Positions 9,249 through 19,297 are shown, counted from the stretch's first letter. The stretch is 64,000 nt of DNA from Candidatus Zixiibacteriota bacterium (GCA_050117845.1 JASFLY010000003.1:32001-96000); one strand, 5' to 3'. Notes: generated from the sequence alone by a model not told the origin. Program-made: numbers and translations.

Positions 9249-10319
9249 ATGCCCTACCCCTTTTCCTTCGAGGTTGAAGCCGAACGCGACGGCGCCCGCG
9301 CCGGCGTTTTAACCACTCCCCACGGCCGCATCCCCACGCCGGCGTTCATGCCGGTGGCCACGCAGGCCGCGGTCAAACTCCTCTCCCCGGACGAACTCAT
9401 CGCGGCGGGTACGAGCATCCTCGTCGCCAATACCTACCACCTCCACCTCCGGCCGGGGGAGGACGTCGTCGCGGGCCACGGCGGCCTGCACGAGTTCATG
9501 GCCTGGCCCGGGGCCATCCTCACCGACAGCGGCGGCTTCCAGATCCACTCGCTGGCGTCGCGGCGGGAGCTGGACGACGACGGCGTTACGTTCCGCTCCC
9601 ACGTCGACGGCCAACTGCTTCGCCTCACGCCCGAGATAGCGACCCGTATCCAGGAGGACCTGGGGGCCGACCTGATAATGGCGTTCGACTACTGTACCTC
9701 CTACCCCACGGGCCGGGAGGAAGCGGCCCGCGCGGTGGACCTCACGACGGCGTGGGCGGAGCGTTGTCTGCGAGCCCACGGCTCCCCCCACCAGCGTCTG
9801 CTGGGCATCGTGCAGGGGGCGGTATTCCGTGACCTGCGCGAACGGAGCGCCGCGGCGCTCGTCGACATGGGTTTCTTCGCGTACGCCATCGGCGGCCTCT
9901 CGGTCGGCGAGGACCCGGCCCAAACCGCGGAGTACGCCGCCTTCACTGCCTCCCTACTTCCGCGGCACAAACTCCGTTATCTGATGGGGGTGGGACGGCC
10001 GGAGGACATGACCCGGGCCGTCGCCGCCGGAATCGACCTCTTCGACTGCGTCGTGCCGACGAGGGAGGCCCGCCACGGCACGGCCATCACACCCGAAGGC
10101 CGGATGAACCTGCGGCGGGCGGAGTTCCGGGCGGACGAGAGGCCGGTGGACGAGAATTGCTCGTGTTACACCTGCCGCCGTTTCTCGCGGGCGTACCTCC
10201 GCCACCTCCTCATGGCCGGGGAGCATTCGGCCGGCCGTCTGCTTTCCCTCCATAATATTTATTTCCTACAGCATACGCTGGCGTGCCTGCGCGCCCGCAT
10301 TACCGGAGAAAACGTTTGA
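9249..10319 (+). CDS. tgt: tRNA-guanine transglycosylase
   Basis: TPAFMPV, DSGGFQ, GGLSVGE, DCVVPTR, Zn site CSCYTC..H. Confidence 0.96.
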   Translation: MPYPFSFEVEAERDGARAGVLTTPHGRIPTPAFMPVATQAAVKLLSPDELIAAGTSILVANTYHLHLRPGEDVVAGHGGLHEFMAWPGAILTDSGGFQIHSLASRRELDDDGVTFRSHVDGQLLRLTPEIATRIQEDLGADLIMAFDYCTSYPTGREEAARAVDLTTAWAERCLRAHGSPHQRLLGIVQGAVFRDLRERSAAALVDMGFFAYAIGGLSVGEDPAQTAEYAAFTASLLPRHKLRYLMGVGRPEDMTRAVAAGIDLFDCVVPTREARHGTAITPEGRMNLRRAEFRADERPVDENCSCYTCRRFSRAYLRHLLMAGEHSAGRLLSLHNIYFLQHTLACLRARITGENV

Positions 10320-10344
10320 CCCCGCCGCCGGGAACCTTTACAAT
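10316..10344 (+). promoter_or_regulatory. sigma70-like promoter, probably giving a leaderless transcript
   Basis: TTGACC-N17-TACAAT; ATG 7 nt after the -10, no clear SD. Confidence 0.55.
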
Positions 10345-10351
10345 ATAGGCG

Positions 10352-11302
10352 ATGAAGCTTTTAATCGCGACACTAGTATTGTTGTTTATCGGCGCCGCGT
10401 ACGCCGACGTTTGGATCGGCGTCGACGGGGGCCTCCGGCACTACTCGTACGACGGCGAGTACATAAGGAGTTTCGACAGCTACCGCCGTCCCATCTCGCT
10501 GGTCCTCGACGCGGAGCGGAACCGCCTCTGGTTCCTGGACGCCTACGACTACAAGCTGGTCTGCTTCGACGTGGAGGAGAAACGGGAACTACTGAGCGTC
10601 CCCAAGGTCGCCCACGCCCCGGCCATCGCCGCCGGCGACCTACGGATCTACATGTTGGAGAAGCGGCCTTTCGAACCGTCCATCTCGGTCGATCCCAGCG
10701 ACGGGTCGGTATGGATCGCGGATTTCTACGGCCACGAGGTGGCCCGGATCGACCTCGACGGCAACGAGATATTCCGGTCGGCCTCGTTCCACGAGCCGTT
10801 CTCCATCGCGACGCTGGGTGACTGCAACGCCTGGGTATCCGGCCGCATCCGAACCTTGACCCTTATAAGCCCGACCTGCGAAACGCTAAACAACCTCTCG
10901 GGCGTGAACGAAGCCCGCGCCCTGGCGTACGACGCGGCGCAGGATTTGGTGTGGGTAGCGGACTACCGCAACAACCGCGTCTTCGCGATAAACCGGGAAG
11001 GCCGGCTGAAAAAGAGAATCCCCGGCGTCGAACTGCCGGAGAAGCTGGCGGTGGACGAGGAACGAAGCACGGTGTGGGTCGCGACCAATTACAACGGTAT
11101 AATAAAGATCTCGTCCGACAAGGAAGAGATAACCGCCACCATCCCCGAACCCGATAGCGTCGTCGCGTTGGATATCGACTCGGAAGGCCGCCTGTGGGTG
11201 GCCTACGATAAAGCCGAAGAAGTAACCTGTTACTCGCCCGAGGCCGAAGACGTCGTCACGATACGGCGCGTTAAAGGCGTGGTCGGCATCGCCGCCGAAT
11301 AA
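10352..11302 (+). CDS. Exported NHL/YncE-like beta-propeller protein
   Basis: Signal peptide; repeated P..I/L.VD....VWVAD units. Confidence 0.75.
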   Translation: MKLLIATLVLLFIGAAYADVWIGVDGGLRHYSYDGEYIRSFDSYRRPISLVLDAERNRLWFLDAYDYKLVCFDVEEKRELLSVPKVAHAPAIAAGDLRIYMLEKRPFEPSISVDPSDGSVWIADFYGHEVARIDLDGNEIFRSASFHEPFSIATLGDCNAWVSGRIRTLTLISPTCETLNNLSGVNEARALAYDAAQDLVWVADYRNNRVFAINREGRLKKRIPGVELPEKLAVDEERSTVWVATNYNGIIKISSDKEEITATIPEPDSVVALDIDSEGRLWVAYDKAEEVTCYSPEAEDVVTIRRVKGVVGIAAE

Positions 11303-11336
11303 AAAACGGCCCGGGAGGAACGCCCCGGGCCGCTTT
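11301..11336. terminator. Intrinsic terminator between convergent genes
   Basis: A6-CGGCCCGGG-loop-CCCGGGCCG-CTTT. Confidence 0.7.
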
Positions 11337-11351
11337 AACAGCCTGCCTACG

Positions 11352-12029
11352 TTACCAACTCCACTCCAAGTGATATTGCTCGCCCGGTTTCATCCGGCCC
11401 ACGTGCCACTCCAGCGTCGACCGGTCGGCCGCCAGCGCGAGTTCCGCCGGCCTCGCGTCCCGACCCTCCGACTTCACGTACGCCTTCGACGAATGCGGCA
11501 ACCTCTCCGGCGGGAACTCCACGCGGAAGACGACGTCGTCCGTAGGGTAATCCCCCACGAACATGAACGAGACGTCCTCGCCCGGGAAGGCGTCGTAAAT
11601 GTTATAGGCCACGCGGCGCGACACCGCCTTCCCCGGCTCGAGCGGCGGTTTGAATACTACTTTAATAATGTAATACTTGCCTACGCTCATCCGTTCGCCG
11701 ATTTCGCCCGGCGACACGTCGAAGTCGTCCAGCCGTCCCCGCGTAAAGAGATTCCGGTCGCGTATGTCCGCCAGCGGCCGGTGCAGCGGGACCAACTCCT
11801 GGACCTTCTCGAAGTGGGCCACGTTTCCGGCCCCGTCGAGGATCTTCAGTCGCAACTCGGCGCTTTTAATCTTCAGGTAGCTACGCTGGAAGGTCAGCGC
11901 GGCCCAGATCACCGCGGCCACCATAAAGACGGCCAGCGCCACGCCGGGCCATATCCAGCCCAATACGAAGCAGATTACGCTCGCCACGGCGAACGCGGCA
12001 ACGAATATTAATTTGACCGGATTCTTCAC
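11352..12029 (-). CDS. Hypothetical membrane protein (2 TM + beta-rich domain)
   Basis: 225-aa ORF directly downstream of queA, SD GGAG before GTG. Confidence 0.7.
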   Translation of the reverse strand: MKNPVKLIFVAAFAVASVICFVLGWIWPGVALAVFMVAAVIWAALTFQRSYLKIKSAELRLKILDGAGNVAHFEKVQELVPLHRPLADIRDRNLFTRGRLDDFDVSPGEIGERMSVGKYYIIKVVFKPPLEPGKAVSRRVAYNIYDAFPGEDVSFMFVGDYPTDDVVFRVEFPPERLPHSSKAYVKSEGRDARPAELALAADRSTLEWHVGRMKPGEQYHLEWSW

Positions 12030-12041
12030 GTCACTCGCTCC

Positions 12042-13073
12042 TTAATATATGAACATGGCGTCGCCGTACGAGTAGAACCGGTAGCCCTCTCGGACCGCGG
12101 CGCCGTACCATCCCAGAACGTTTTCCACGCCGCCGAACGCCGCCACGAGCGCCAGAAGGCTCGACCGCGGCAGGTGGAAATTCGTCAACAGCGCGTCGAC
12201 GACTTTGAACTTGTAGCCGGGGTAAATATAGAGGTCCGTTTCCCCCCGGAACGGGCCGACCATGCCGGCCTCGTCGGCCGCGGTCTCGAGGGCCCTTACG
12301 GCCGTCGTCCCGACCGCGACGACGCGGCGATGCTCGAGTTTCGCGGCGCTAATGGCCCGGGCCGCGGACCGGCTGATACTCATCTCCTCGCGCTCGACGT
12401 GGTGCTCCTCCAACGAATCGCCCCGGATGGGCTTGAAGGTCCCGTACGAGACATGGAGGGTGATCTCGACTACCTCGACGCCCCGCTCCTTTATCCCGTC
12501 CAATATTTCCCGGGTGAAGTGCAGGCCCGCGGTAGGCGCCGCCACCGAACCCCGGCGCCGCGCGTAGACCGTCTGGTAACGGCCCACGTCCTCCTCCGTC
12601 GGGCCGTCGGGCCTTTTAATGTACGGCGGCAGCGGCACCTTCCCCGTCTCGTCGACCACGGCCTCGACGTCGTCCGCCCCGTAGAACTCGACGACGCGCT
12701 CGGGCCCCGCCAGGACGCCGACGACCTCGGCGTGCAGGCCGTCCTCGCCGAATGTGAACCGCGCGCCCACGTCCGCCCGCCGGGCGGGGCGAGCCAAAAC
12801 GCGGTAACGGCCGGGGGCCAGTTTGCGGAGGAGCAGCAGTTCGCCGTCGCTATCGCCGACGCGGCCCAAAAGGCGCGCCGGGTAAACCGACGTGTCGTTC
12901 AGGACCAGTACGTCCCCCTCCGCCAAAAGTTCCGGGAACTGGGCGAAGGAACGGTGCTCCGGTTCGCCGCCGTCGCGGCGGCAGGCCAGAAGGCGGGCCC
13001 GGTCGCGCTCGGGCGCCGGCTGTTGGGCGATGAGGTCTCGGGGAAGGTCGTAGTCGATAATCTCGGTTTTCAT
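12042..13073 (-). CDS. queA: SAM:tRNA ribosyltransferase-isomerase
   Basis: DYDLP..LIAQ, PLPPYI, YQTVYA, AAPTAGLHF, NFHLPRS, YRFYSYGDAM. Confidence 0.98.
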   Translation of the reverse strand: MKTEIIDYDLPRDLIAQQPAPERDRARLLACRRDGGEPEHRSFAQFPELLAEGDVLVLNDTSVYPARLLGRVGDSDGELLLLRKLAPGRYRVLARPARRADVGARFTFGEDGLHAEVVGVLAGPERVVEFYGADDVEAVVDETGKVPLPPYIKRPDGPTEEDVGRYQTVYARRRGSVAAPTAGLHFTREILDGIKERGVEVVEITLHVSYGTFKPIRGDSLEEHHVEREEMSISRSAARAISAAKLEHRRVVAVGTTAVRALETAADEAGMVGPFRGETDLYIYPGYKFKVVDALLTNFHLPRSSLLALVAAFGGVENVLGWYGAAVREGYRFYSYGDAMFIY

Positions 13074-13138
13074 AAGCCAGAAGGGATAATAACATAGGAG
13101 CGGCGGCCGTTAAAGGTAAAACCAGAAAAAGGTTAAAC

Positions 13139-13167
13139 TTGCGCCCGGTTTATACCGGTGCTACTAT
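13139..13167 (+). promoter_or_regulatory. sigma70-like promoter for yicC
   Basis: TTGCGC-N17-TACTAT with upstream TG. Confidence 0.5.
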
Positions 13168-13193
13168 GACCGAACGCTTGGAGAGGTATATCT

Positions 13194-14069
13194 ATGGTTA
13201 ATTCTATGACGGGATTCGGTCGGGGCGAGGCCCCTTACGGCGACGGCGTCATCGTCGTCGAGGTCACGACCGTAAACAGCCGGCACCTCGACGTCACCGT
13301 CCGGGGCCTCCGGGAATACGGCTCGCTCGAGCTGGACGTGCGGTCCCGCGTCGGCGAACGGCTGGGCAGGGGCAAAGCCCACGTCACGGTGGCCGTCCGG
13401 GGCACCTCGGCCGGGACCAAACGCGTCGTCTCCCACGTCGACCTGGCCCGGGAATACGTCAACGAATTCGAACGGCTGCGCTACGCCGTCGGCCTCAAGG
13501 GAAACCTCCCGCTGGAGGCGTTGACCTCCCGGGACGATTTCCTCACGATAGAGGAAGATACGGACGACGGCGCGCTGGGGGAAGGGGTCCTGGCCGCACT
13601 CGACGCCGCCCTCGGCCGCGTCTCCCAGATGCGGGCCGCGGAAGGCGAAAAGCTGGCCGCGGACCTTTCGGAGCGGCTCGAACGTTTGGGCAAACTCTAC
13701 GACGACGTGGCGAGCCGGGCCCCGGAAGTGGCGGTCGCCTACCGGGACCGGCTGCAGGCGCGGATATCCGAGCTGACCGACGGGGCCGGCCTGGATCCCG
13801 GCCGCCTGGAAAACGAGACCGCCCTCTTCGCCGAACGCTGCGACATCAGCGAGGAGATAGTCCGGAGTCGGGCTCACGCCAAGGCGTTCGCCGACGCCCT
13901 CGGCGGCGACGGACGGGCGGGAAGGCGCCTCGACTTCCTCGCGGTGGAGCTGAACCGCGAGGCCAACACCATCGCCGCCAAGGCCCAGGACGCCGGCATC
14001 GCGTCCCTGGCCATAGAAATAAAAGACCTGCTCGAGCAGATCCGCGAGCAGGTGCAGAATATCGAGTAG
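13194..14069 (+). CDS. yicC: YicC/YloC family endoribonuclease
   Basis: SMTGFG, VNSRHLD, DISEE, GRRLDF..ELNREANT, EQIREQVQNIE. Confidence 0.95.
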   Translation: MVNSMTGFGRGEAPYGDGVIVVEVTTVNSRHLDVTVRGLREYGSLELDVRSRVGERLGRGKAHVTVAVRGTSAGTKRVVSHVDLAREYVNEFERLRYAVGLKGNLPLEALTSRDDFLTIEEDTDDGALGEGVLAALDAALGRVSQMRAAEGEKLAADLSERLERLGKLYDDVASRAPEVAVAYRDRLQARISELTDGAGLDPGRLENETALFAERCDISEEIVRSRAHAKAFADALGGDGRAGRRLDFLAVELNREANTIAAKAQDAGIASLAIEIKDLLEQIREQVQNIE

Positions 14070-14081
14070 TATTAACCGGCC

Positions 14082-15269
14082 TTAATATTTCCTGACGGCC
14101 GCGACGGACCTGATAACCTCGTCCCAGGCGCGGCCGTGTACGTCCCAGGTATACTTCTGTTCGACGGCCTGCCGCCCCCAGCGGCCGTACTCCTCACGCA
14201 GTTTCTCGTCCCGCAACAGGCGCGCCACGGCCGCCGCGAATTCGGCCGGTTCGTCCGCGACGATAAAATCGCGCCCCGCCACCAGGTCCATCCCCTCCAC
14301 GCCCCGCGTCGTGCAAACCACGGGCAGGCCCGCCGCCATCGCCTCTATCACTTTCATCTTCATCCCCGCGCCGAGGCGCATCGGGCACACCGACACCTGG
14401 CAGCGCCGTAAATAAGCCTTCATGTCCGGAACGGCTCCGGTAACGACGACGCCCTCCCGCCGGGCCAACGCCCGCACTTCGCCGGTCGGGTTCTTGCCCA
14501 CGATATGGAACGTGGCCTCCGGCACCGCGTTCCTCACCCGGGGGAATATCTCGTTTGCGAAGTAAGCCGCAGCGTCCGCGTTCGGCGGGTAGTCCATGAC
14601 GCCCGAAAAAACTATCGAGAACGGCTCCCGCGATACGCCCTCGTCGGCGGCGACGTCCGTCCCGAAGGGGGCGTAGTAAACGGGAAGGCCCGGGCAAAGC
14701 TCACCGATGACCTCCGCGTCGCGCCGGGCCACGAGGACGCACGCGTCGTACCGGCCGTACGTCCGGCGCTCGTAACTTTTAACCTTCCAATATTGCAGGA
14801 GGAAATAGAGGGAGGCGGCGGGGTTGAGGCGCAGGCCCAACTGGCGCTTGTAGTACAGGGACGTGGCGTCGAGCGGCGCGATTATCTTCGGCGTGTTCTG
14901 TACGTCCACGGTATACTGCGCCATGTTGATGTGGCCGCCGATGATGACGTCAAAATCCCGGCGCCGCAGGAGTTTCCCCAAAGCCGCCGCGAAGTCCCGG
15001 TTCCGGTAGAGCAGGACGCCGAACGGCCAGATGGTCAACATACTCCATAATCGCCGCAGGAGGGTCTTGTCGAATTCGTGGGGGACGAGGACGAGTTCCC
15101 CCACCATATCCCGGACGACCGCGATATCCTCCGGGGCGTCGCCCGAGGTCATGGCGAGCATCGTAACGTCGTGCTCGGGCCGGAAGCGCCGCAATAAATT
15201 ATACACCACCGCCCGGTTCGAATCGGTCGGAGGATAAGGGACTTCCGAGGCAATAATGAGAATCTTCAC
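14082..15269 (-). CDS. GT4 family glycosyltransferase
   Basis: FSGVMDYPPNADA, GAGMKMKVIEAMAAGLPVV. Confidence 0.9.
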   Translation of the reverse strand: MKILIIASEVPYPPTDSNRAVVYNLLRRFRPEHDVTMLAMTSGDAPEDIAVVRDMVGELVLVPHEFDKTLLRRLWSMLTIWPFGVLLYRNRDFAAALGKLLRRRDFDVIIGGHINMAQYTVDVQNTPKIIAPLDATSLYYKRQLGLRLNPAASLYFLLQYWKVKSYERRTYGRYDACVLVARRDAEVIGELCPGLPVYYAPFGTDVAADEGVSREPFSIVFSGVMDYPPNADAAAYFANEIFPRVRNAVPEATFHIVGKNPTGEVRALARREGVVVTGAVPDMKAYLRRCQVSVCPMRLGAGMKMKVIEAMAAGLPVVCTTRGVEGMDLVAGRDFIVADEPAEFAAAVARLLRDEKLREEYGRWGRQAVEQKYTWDVHGRAWDEVIRSVAAVRKY

Positions 15270-15296
15270 GGTTATCCCGGGTCCTTCACCTTTTTT

Positions 15297-15325
15297 ATTA
15301 TAGAACGTTTCGCCGACAAAAACAA
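15297..15325 (-). promoter_or_regulatory. sigma70-like promoter for the glycosyltransferase
   Basis: TTGTTT-N17-TATAAT. Confidence 0.55.
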
Positions 15326-15376
15326 GTCGCGGTAGTTGACGCCGCCCCTCGGACCACGCTACGCGGGCGATGCATG

Positions 15377-15399
15377 AAAAAACCCGGCTGCCAGCCGGG
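15377..15399 (-). terminator. Intrinsic terminator of the rplU-rpmA-obgE operon
   Basis: CCCGGCT-loop-AGCCGGG then T6 on minus strand. Confidence 0.7.
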
Positions 15400-15425
15400 C
15401 GTACTTTCGTTCGGCCTGACGGCCG

Positions 15426-15752
15426 CTATTCCTCCTCGGCCCACTCTTCCAGAAACTTTGCTATGAGGTCCTTTTCCTCCCGGTCGACGCCGCGCTGCTC
15501 CTCGGCCGTAATGGGGACCAGCTCCCCCTCCTGGAGTTTGGTGATCATCAGGTCGTGCTGGCTCCGCATCAACTTCCGTACTTTTTCGACCCGGTCCGCG
15601 CCGGCGATGGCTCCCACGACCTGCTTCGCCCGGGCCACGACGGCCCCGCCCTTGAAGACGAGGGTTACGAGGTTGTCGCCGACGTTCTCGGTCTGGATAT
15701 GGTAGCGTTCACCGCCGACCGTAACTTCGCAATTAAGGCCTTGCGTTATCAT
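15426..15752 (-). CDS. Hypothetical protein
   Basis: Overlaps obgE end; YHIQTE..TLVFKGG..LMRSQH looks like a conserved small family (from memory). Confidence 0.7.
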   Translation of the reverse strand: MITQGLNCEVTVGGERYHIQTENVGDNLVTLVFKGGAVVARAKQVVGAIAGADRVEKVRKLMRSQHDLMITKLQEGELVPITAEEQRGVDREEKDLIAKFLEEWAEEE

Positions 15753-16725
15753 AGGCTTTTACGGCTTCCCACAGAGCCACCTTTAATTCCTCGACGCCGG
15801 CCCCGGATACGGCGGAAGTCGCTATCACGGCCTTGCCGGCCGCTCCGCCCAGGGCCGCCGCTATACCTTCGTCGTGCGGCAGGTCCGTTTTATTCGCGAT
15901 GACGATTACGACTCGCGATACCAGTTCTTTTTTGAAATTCTCTATCTCGGCGACGACGGTTTCGAAGTCGCGCACCGGCGACTCGCCCGAAACATCCACC
16001 ACGACCGCCAGCGCCTTCGCCCGTTCCACGTGCCGCAGGAAGTCGAGGCCCAGGCCCCGTCCTTCCGCCGCCCCCTCCAAAAGGCCCGGCACCTCTATTA
16101 CGGCGTAGGTCTGGGCCGCCGAATATTCCACGATGCCCAGCTGGGGAGCCAGCGTCGTGAAAGGATACGGCGCGACCCTGGGATGGGCGGAACTTAGCGC
16201 GGCGAGAACCGACGATTTCCCGGCGTTGGGGGGCCCGATGAGCGCGACGTCGGCTATTAGCTTCAGCGTCAGCCGCAGGCGGCGCTGTTGGCCCGGACCA
16301 CCGTCCTCGGCGTAGCGGGGAACCTGCATCGTCGGCGTGGCGAAATGGGAATTGCCCCGGCCGCCTCGGCCTCCCCGGGCCAGGAGGACCTCTTCGGACG
16401 CCGCCGCCACTTCTCCCACGACGGAGCCGCCGTCGTCCTCGATGACGGTCCCCGGCGGGACCCGTATCCATTTATTCTCCCCGGCGGCGCCGGTACGCTT
16501 CCTTCCGGCCCCGTCTACGCCGCCGTCGGCCGCGACGAGTTCAACACCCGCCAGGTGGTTCAGCGTGCGGAGGCCGCCGTGGCCCACTGCGTATACCGAG
16601 CCGCCTCGGCCGCCGTCGCCGCCGTCCGGGCCGCCCCGGGGGACGAACTTCTCCCGGCGGAAGGAAACCGCGCCCCGGCCGCCGTCGCCTCCCCGCACTT
16701 CCAGCTCCACTTCGTCGATAAACAC
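15733..16725 (-). CDS. obgE: GTPase ObgE/CgtA
   Basis: FRREKFVPRGGPDGGDGG, GPPNAGKSS, YPFTT, NKTD; follows rplU-rpmA. Confidence 0.97.
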   Translation of the reverse strand: MFIDEVELEVRGGDGGRGAVSFRREKFVPRGGPDGGDGGRGGSVYAVGHGGLRTLNHLAGVELVAADGGVDGAGRKRTGAAGENKWIRVPPGTVIEDDGGSVVGEVAAASEEVLLARGGRGGRGNSHFATPTMQVPRYAEDGGPGQQRRLRLTLKLIADVALIGPPNAGKSSVLAALSSAHPRVAPYPFTTLAPQLGIVEYSAAQTYAVIEVPGLLEGAAEGRGLGLDFLRHVERAKALAVVVDVSGESPVRDFETVVAEIENFKKELVSRVVIVIANKTDLPHDEGIAAALGGAAGKAVIATSAVSGAGVEELKVALWEAVKAYDNARP

Positions 16726-16818
16726 AATAAACCCGGGGAGCCGAAGCGCGTGGTCGTTTGTGCGCTAATCAACCCGCCGGGGTATCGTTGGAACTCCAAT
16801 TAACGGTTCGCGTGCCTG

Positions 16819-17073
16819 TTACGAAGCGGGAACGACGTGTACCTCGCGCCGGTTCCTGCGCCGCACGAATTCCACCCGACCAGTTACCGTCGCGAATAAG
16901 GTATAATCTCTCCCCATGCCGACGTTCTCGCCGGGGTAATAGCTGGTGCCGTGCTGACGAACGATAATGGAGCCCGCGGTAACGGGCTGGCCGCCGTACG
17001 CCTTGATGCCCAGGCGCTGGCCGGCGCTGTCGCGGCCGTTGCGGGAGGAACCACCTGATTTCTTGTGAGCCAT
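16819..17073 (-). CDS. rpmA: 50S ribosomal protein L27
   Basis: [19 protein letters not shown]. Confidence 0.98.
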   Translation of the reverse strand: MAHKKSGGSSRNGRDSAGQRLGIKAYGGQPVTAGSIIVRQHGTSYYPGENVGMGRDYTLFATVTGRVEFVRRRNRREVHVVPAS

Positions 17074-17111
17074 GTCGACCTCCGGCGCTCCGGAAAACGC
17101 GGGCCGGAACG

Positions 17112-17426
17112 CTAGGACTTCGTTACGGACAATACCTTGAGAACCGTATACGGCTGCCGGTATCCCCGTAAGCGCCGGTAGTTCTTACGACGCTTGAATT
17201 TAAAAACTTCGACCTTGGGTCGCCGCTCGTGAGCCACGACCTCGGCGGTAACGCGCGCGTTCGGGACCAGCGGCGTACCCACTTCGGCGCCTTTGTCGTC
17301 GCCGAGCAGGAGTACTTCGTCCAGCTCCACTTGCGCGCCTACGTCAACGTTCATCAGATCGACGGCGACCAATTCGCCTTCGCTCATCCGGTATTGACGG
17401 TTTCTATTTCGTACCAATGCGAACAT
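17112..17426 (-). CDS. rplU: 50S ribosomal protein L21
   Basis: [32 protein letters not shown] 17426 follows AAGGA. Confidence 0.97.
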   Translation of the reverse strand: MFALVRNRNRQYRMSEGELVAVDLMNVDVGAQVELDEVLLLGDDKGAEVGTPLVPNARVTAEVVAHERRPKVEVFKFKRRKNYRRLRGYRQPYTVLKVLSVTKS

Positions 17427-17448
17427 AATCATCCTTAGGTTAGCGTGT

Positions 17449-17477
17449 TTTTTAACATATTAGGATGATAATGTCAA
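17449..17477 (-). promoter_or_regulatory. Promoter for rplU operon
   Basis: TTGACA-N17-TAAAAA with upstream TG. Confidence 0.5.
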
Positions 17478-17603
17478 GAGTTCTTTCGGCCCGCGTACTA
17501 TATATTATACCATAAGCGGGGGCATCATTTCCAAAGCCGGAAACGAAAGGGGCCGGCGACGGCCCTGCGAAAAACCGGCCTCAATACCTCTTACGTTAAA
17601 AGG

Positions 17604-17632
17604 TAGACCGCCGATTTAACACTGGTTATAAT
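17604..17632 (+). promoter_or_regulatory. Upstream sigma70-like promoter (candidate sRNA/leader)
   Basis: TAGACC-N17-TATAAT. Confidence 0.5.
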
Positions 17633-17638
17633 GAAACA

Positions 17639-17722
17639 CCCCCGCGGGAGTTATTACTAAACGTTCCGTCCGGGTGAAACAACCTGAAGGCCGTTTCTAT
17701 CGAAGCTCCGGATTTTTTTTTT
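17639..17722 (+). ncRNA. Candidate small structured RNA or attenuator leader, unclassified
   Basis: Follows a promoter; nested stems GTCCGGG/TCCGGAT and GAAAC/GTTTC; ends in a T10 run. Confidence 0.3.
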
Positions 17723-17724
17723 GC

Positions 17725-17754
17725 TTGACAAGGAAAATCCCTTTCTATTATAAT
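17725..17754 (+). promoter_or_regulatory. Consensus sigma70 promoter for the lipoprotein-LysM operon
   Basis: TTGACA-N18-TATAAT. Confidence 0.75.
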
Positions 17755-17864
17755 GCTGAGCCAAGGAGCAAGCCCAAAGTACAAACGCTTTGGAGCAAGG
17801 AAATCATAAATATTACCGGATTACCGAGCTTACACAGTCCCTCGAAGGGAGGTGAATCGCCAGG

Positions 17865-18185
17865 ATGAAAAAGGCCATTATCTTCAGCGTCATTGGAGCT
17901 TTCATTCTTGGCTTCTTAGCCCTCGGTTGCGGCCCGAGCAAGGAATTGCTCGACGCGTACTACGACGCGAAAATGAAGAAGCAGGAAGGCGAAGACCGTC
18001 TCGCCAAAGCGAAATCTGCCAACGAAGCTTACAAGGCTGAGTTCGACAAGGCCGTCAAGAAGATCGACGAGCTTCGTGCGCAGCACAAAGACCTTCACGA
18101 GAAACGCAACAACATCGAGAAGGCTCGCGGAATGAAAATCACGCCGTTGCTCCACGGCGCCGAGAAAGAACCTACTTGGGAATAA
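17865..18185 (+). CDS. Small coiled-coil lipoprotein
   Basis: SD GGAGGTGA; signal peptide with lipobox LALG-C; K/E/A-rich helix. Confidence 0.85.
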   Translation: MKKAIIFSVIGAFILGFLALGCGPSKELLDAYYDAKMKKQEGEDRLAKAKSANEAYKAEFDKAVKKIDELRAQHKDLHEKRNNIEKARGMKITPLLHGAEKEPTWE

Positions 18186-18271
18186 GCTGAATTTTAGCCC
18201 GGCACGTAATTAATAACACCCATACGAAGCCGTGGCTTAAAAATACTCCTCAAGGAAAGGGGTGTTAACGG

Positions 18272-18748
18272 GTGAAAAAGGCTGTCTTAGCTTTAGCGGT
18301 CTTCGTGCTCACGGTCGCCCCGTTCGCTTTGGCCCAGGATTACGACGCGCTTAAGCGCGAAGTCAAAATGAACGAAGGCGCCGGCGAAGGCGATATAAAC
18401 GCGCAGATCCAAAGCCGCCTTGACGATGCCGCCCGGCTGAACAAAGAGGCCGAGGGTGTCGAGTTCGAGAACAAGGCGCTCGAAGGTAAAGTAATGAAGG
18501 TCCAGAAGGTACACGACTTCTGGAAGACGCTAATCGGCGAAGATCAGGCGTTCCTCAACAAATGGGCGGAGCGCGAAGGTGATCACGTCGTAGTCGAGGG
18601 CGAATGCCTCTGGATGATCGCGGGTATGGAATACGGCCATCCCTACTACTACAAATGGCCGCTTATTTATAATGCCAACCGCGACCTCATCAAGGATCCG
18701 GACCTCATTTATCCTGGCTGGAACCTCAAAGTTCCCGCGATGCAGTAA
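18272..18748 (+). CDS. Exported coiled-coil + LysM peptidoglycan-binding protein
   Basis: Signal peptide; [38 protein letters not shown]. Confidence 0.9.
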   Translation: MKKAVLALAVFVLTVAPFALAQDYDALKREVKMNEGAGEGDINAQIQSRLDDAARLNKEAEGVEFENKALEGKVMKVQKVHDFWKTLIGEDQAFLNKWAEREGDHVVVEGECLWMIAGMEYGHPYYYKWPLIYNANRDLIKDPDLIYPGWNLKVPAMQ

Positions 18749-18765
18749 TCATCGATCACGGTTAT

Positions 18766-18801
18766 AAAAGGGCAGTCGGCTTAAACGACTGCCTTTTTTT
18801 T
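18766..18801 (+). terminator. Intrinsic terminator
   Basis: GGCAGTCG-loop-CGACTGCC-T8. Confidence 0.85.
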
Positions 18802-18816
18802 AGCCCCTTACGTTAT

Positions 18817-19270
<454 letters not shown>

Positions 19271-19272
<2 letters not shown>

Positions 19273-19297
19273 AAAAACGGCCCGGACGGGCCGTTTT
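19271..19297. terminator. Bidirectional terminator
   Basis: A7-CGGCCCG-GA-CGGGCCG-T4 between convergent dtd and cca. Confidence 0.75.

Noticed and set aside
17633..17860. c-di-GMP or c-di-AMP riboswitch upstream of the LysM operon
   Set aside because: Only short partial matches; core conserved motifs not found by eye
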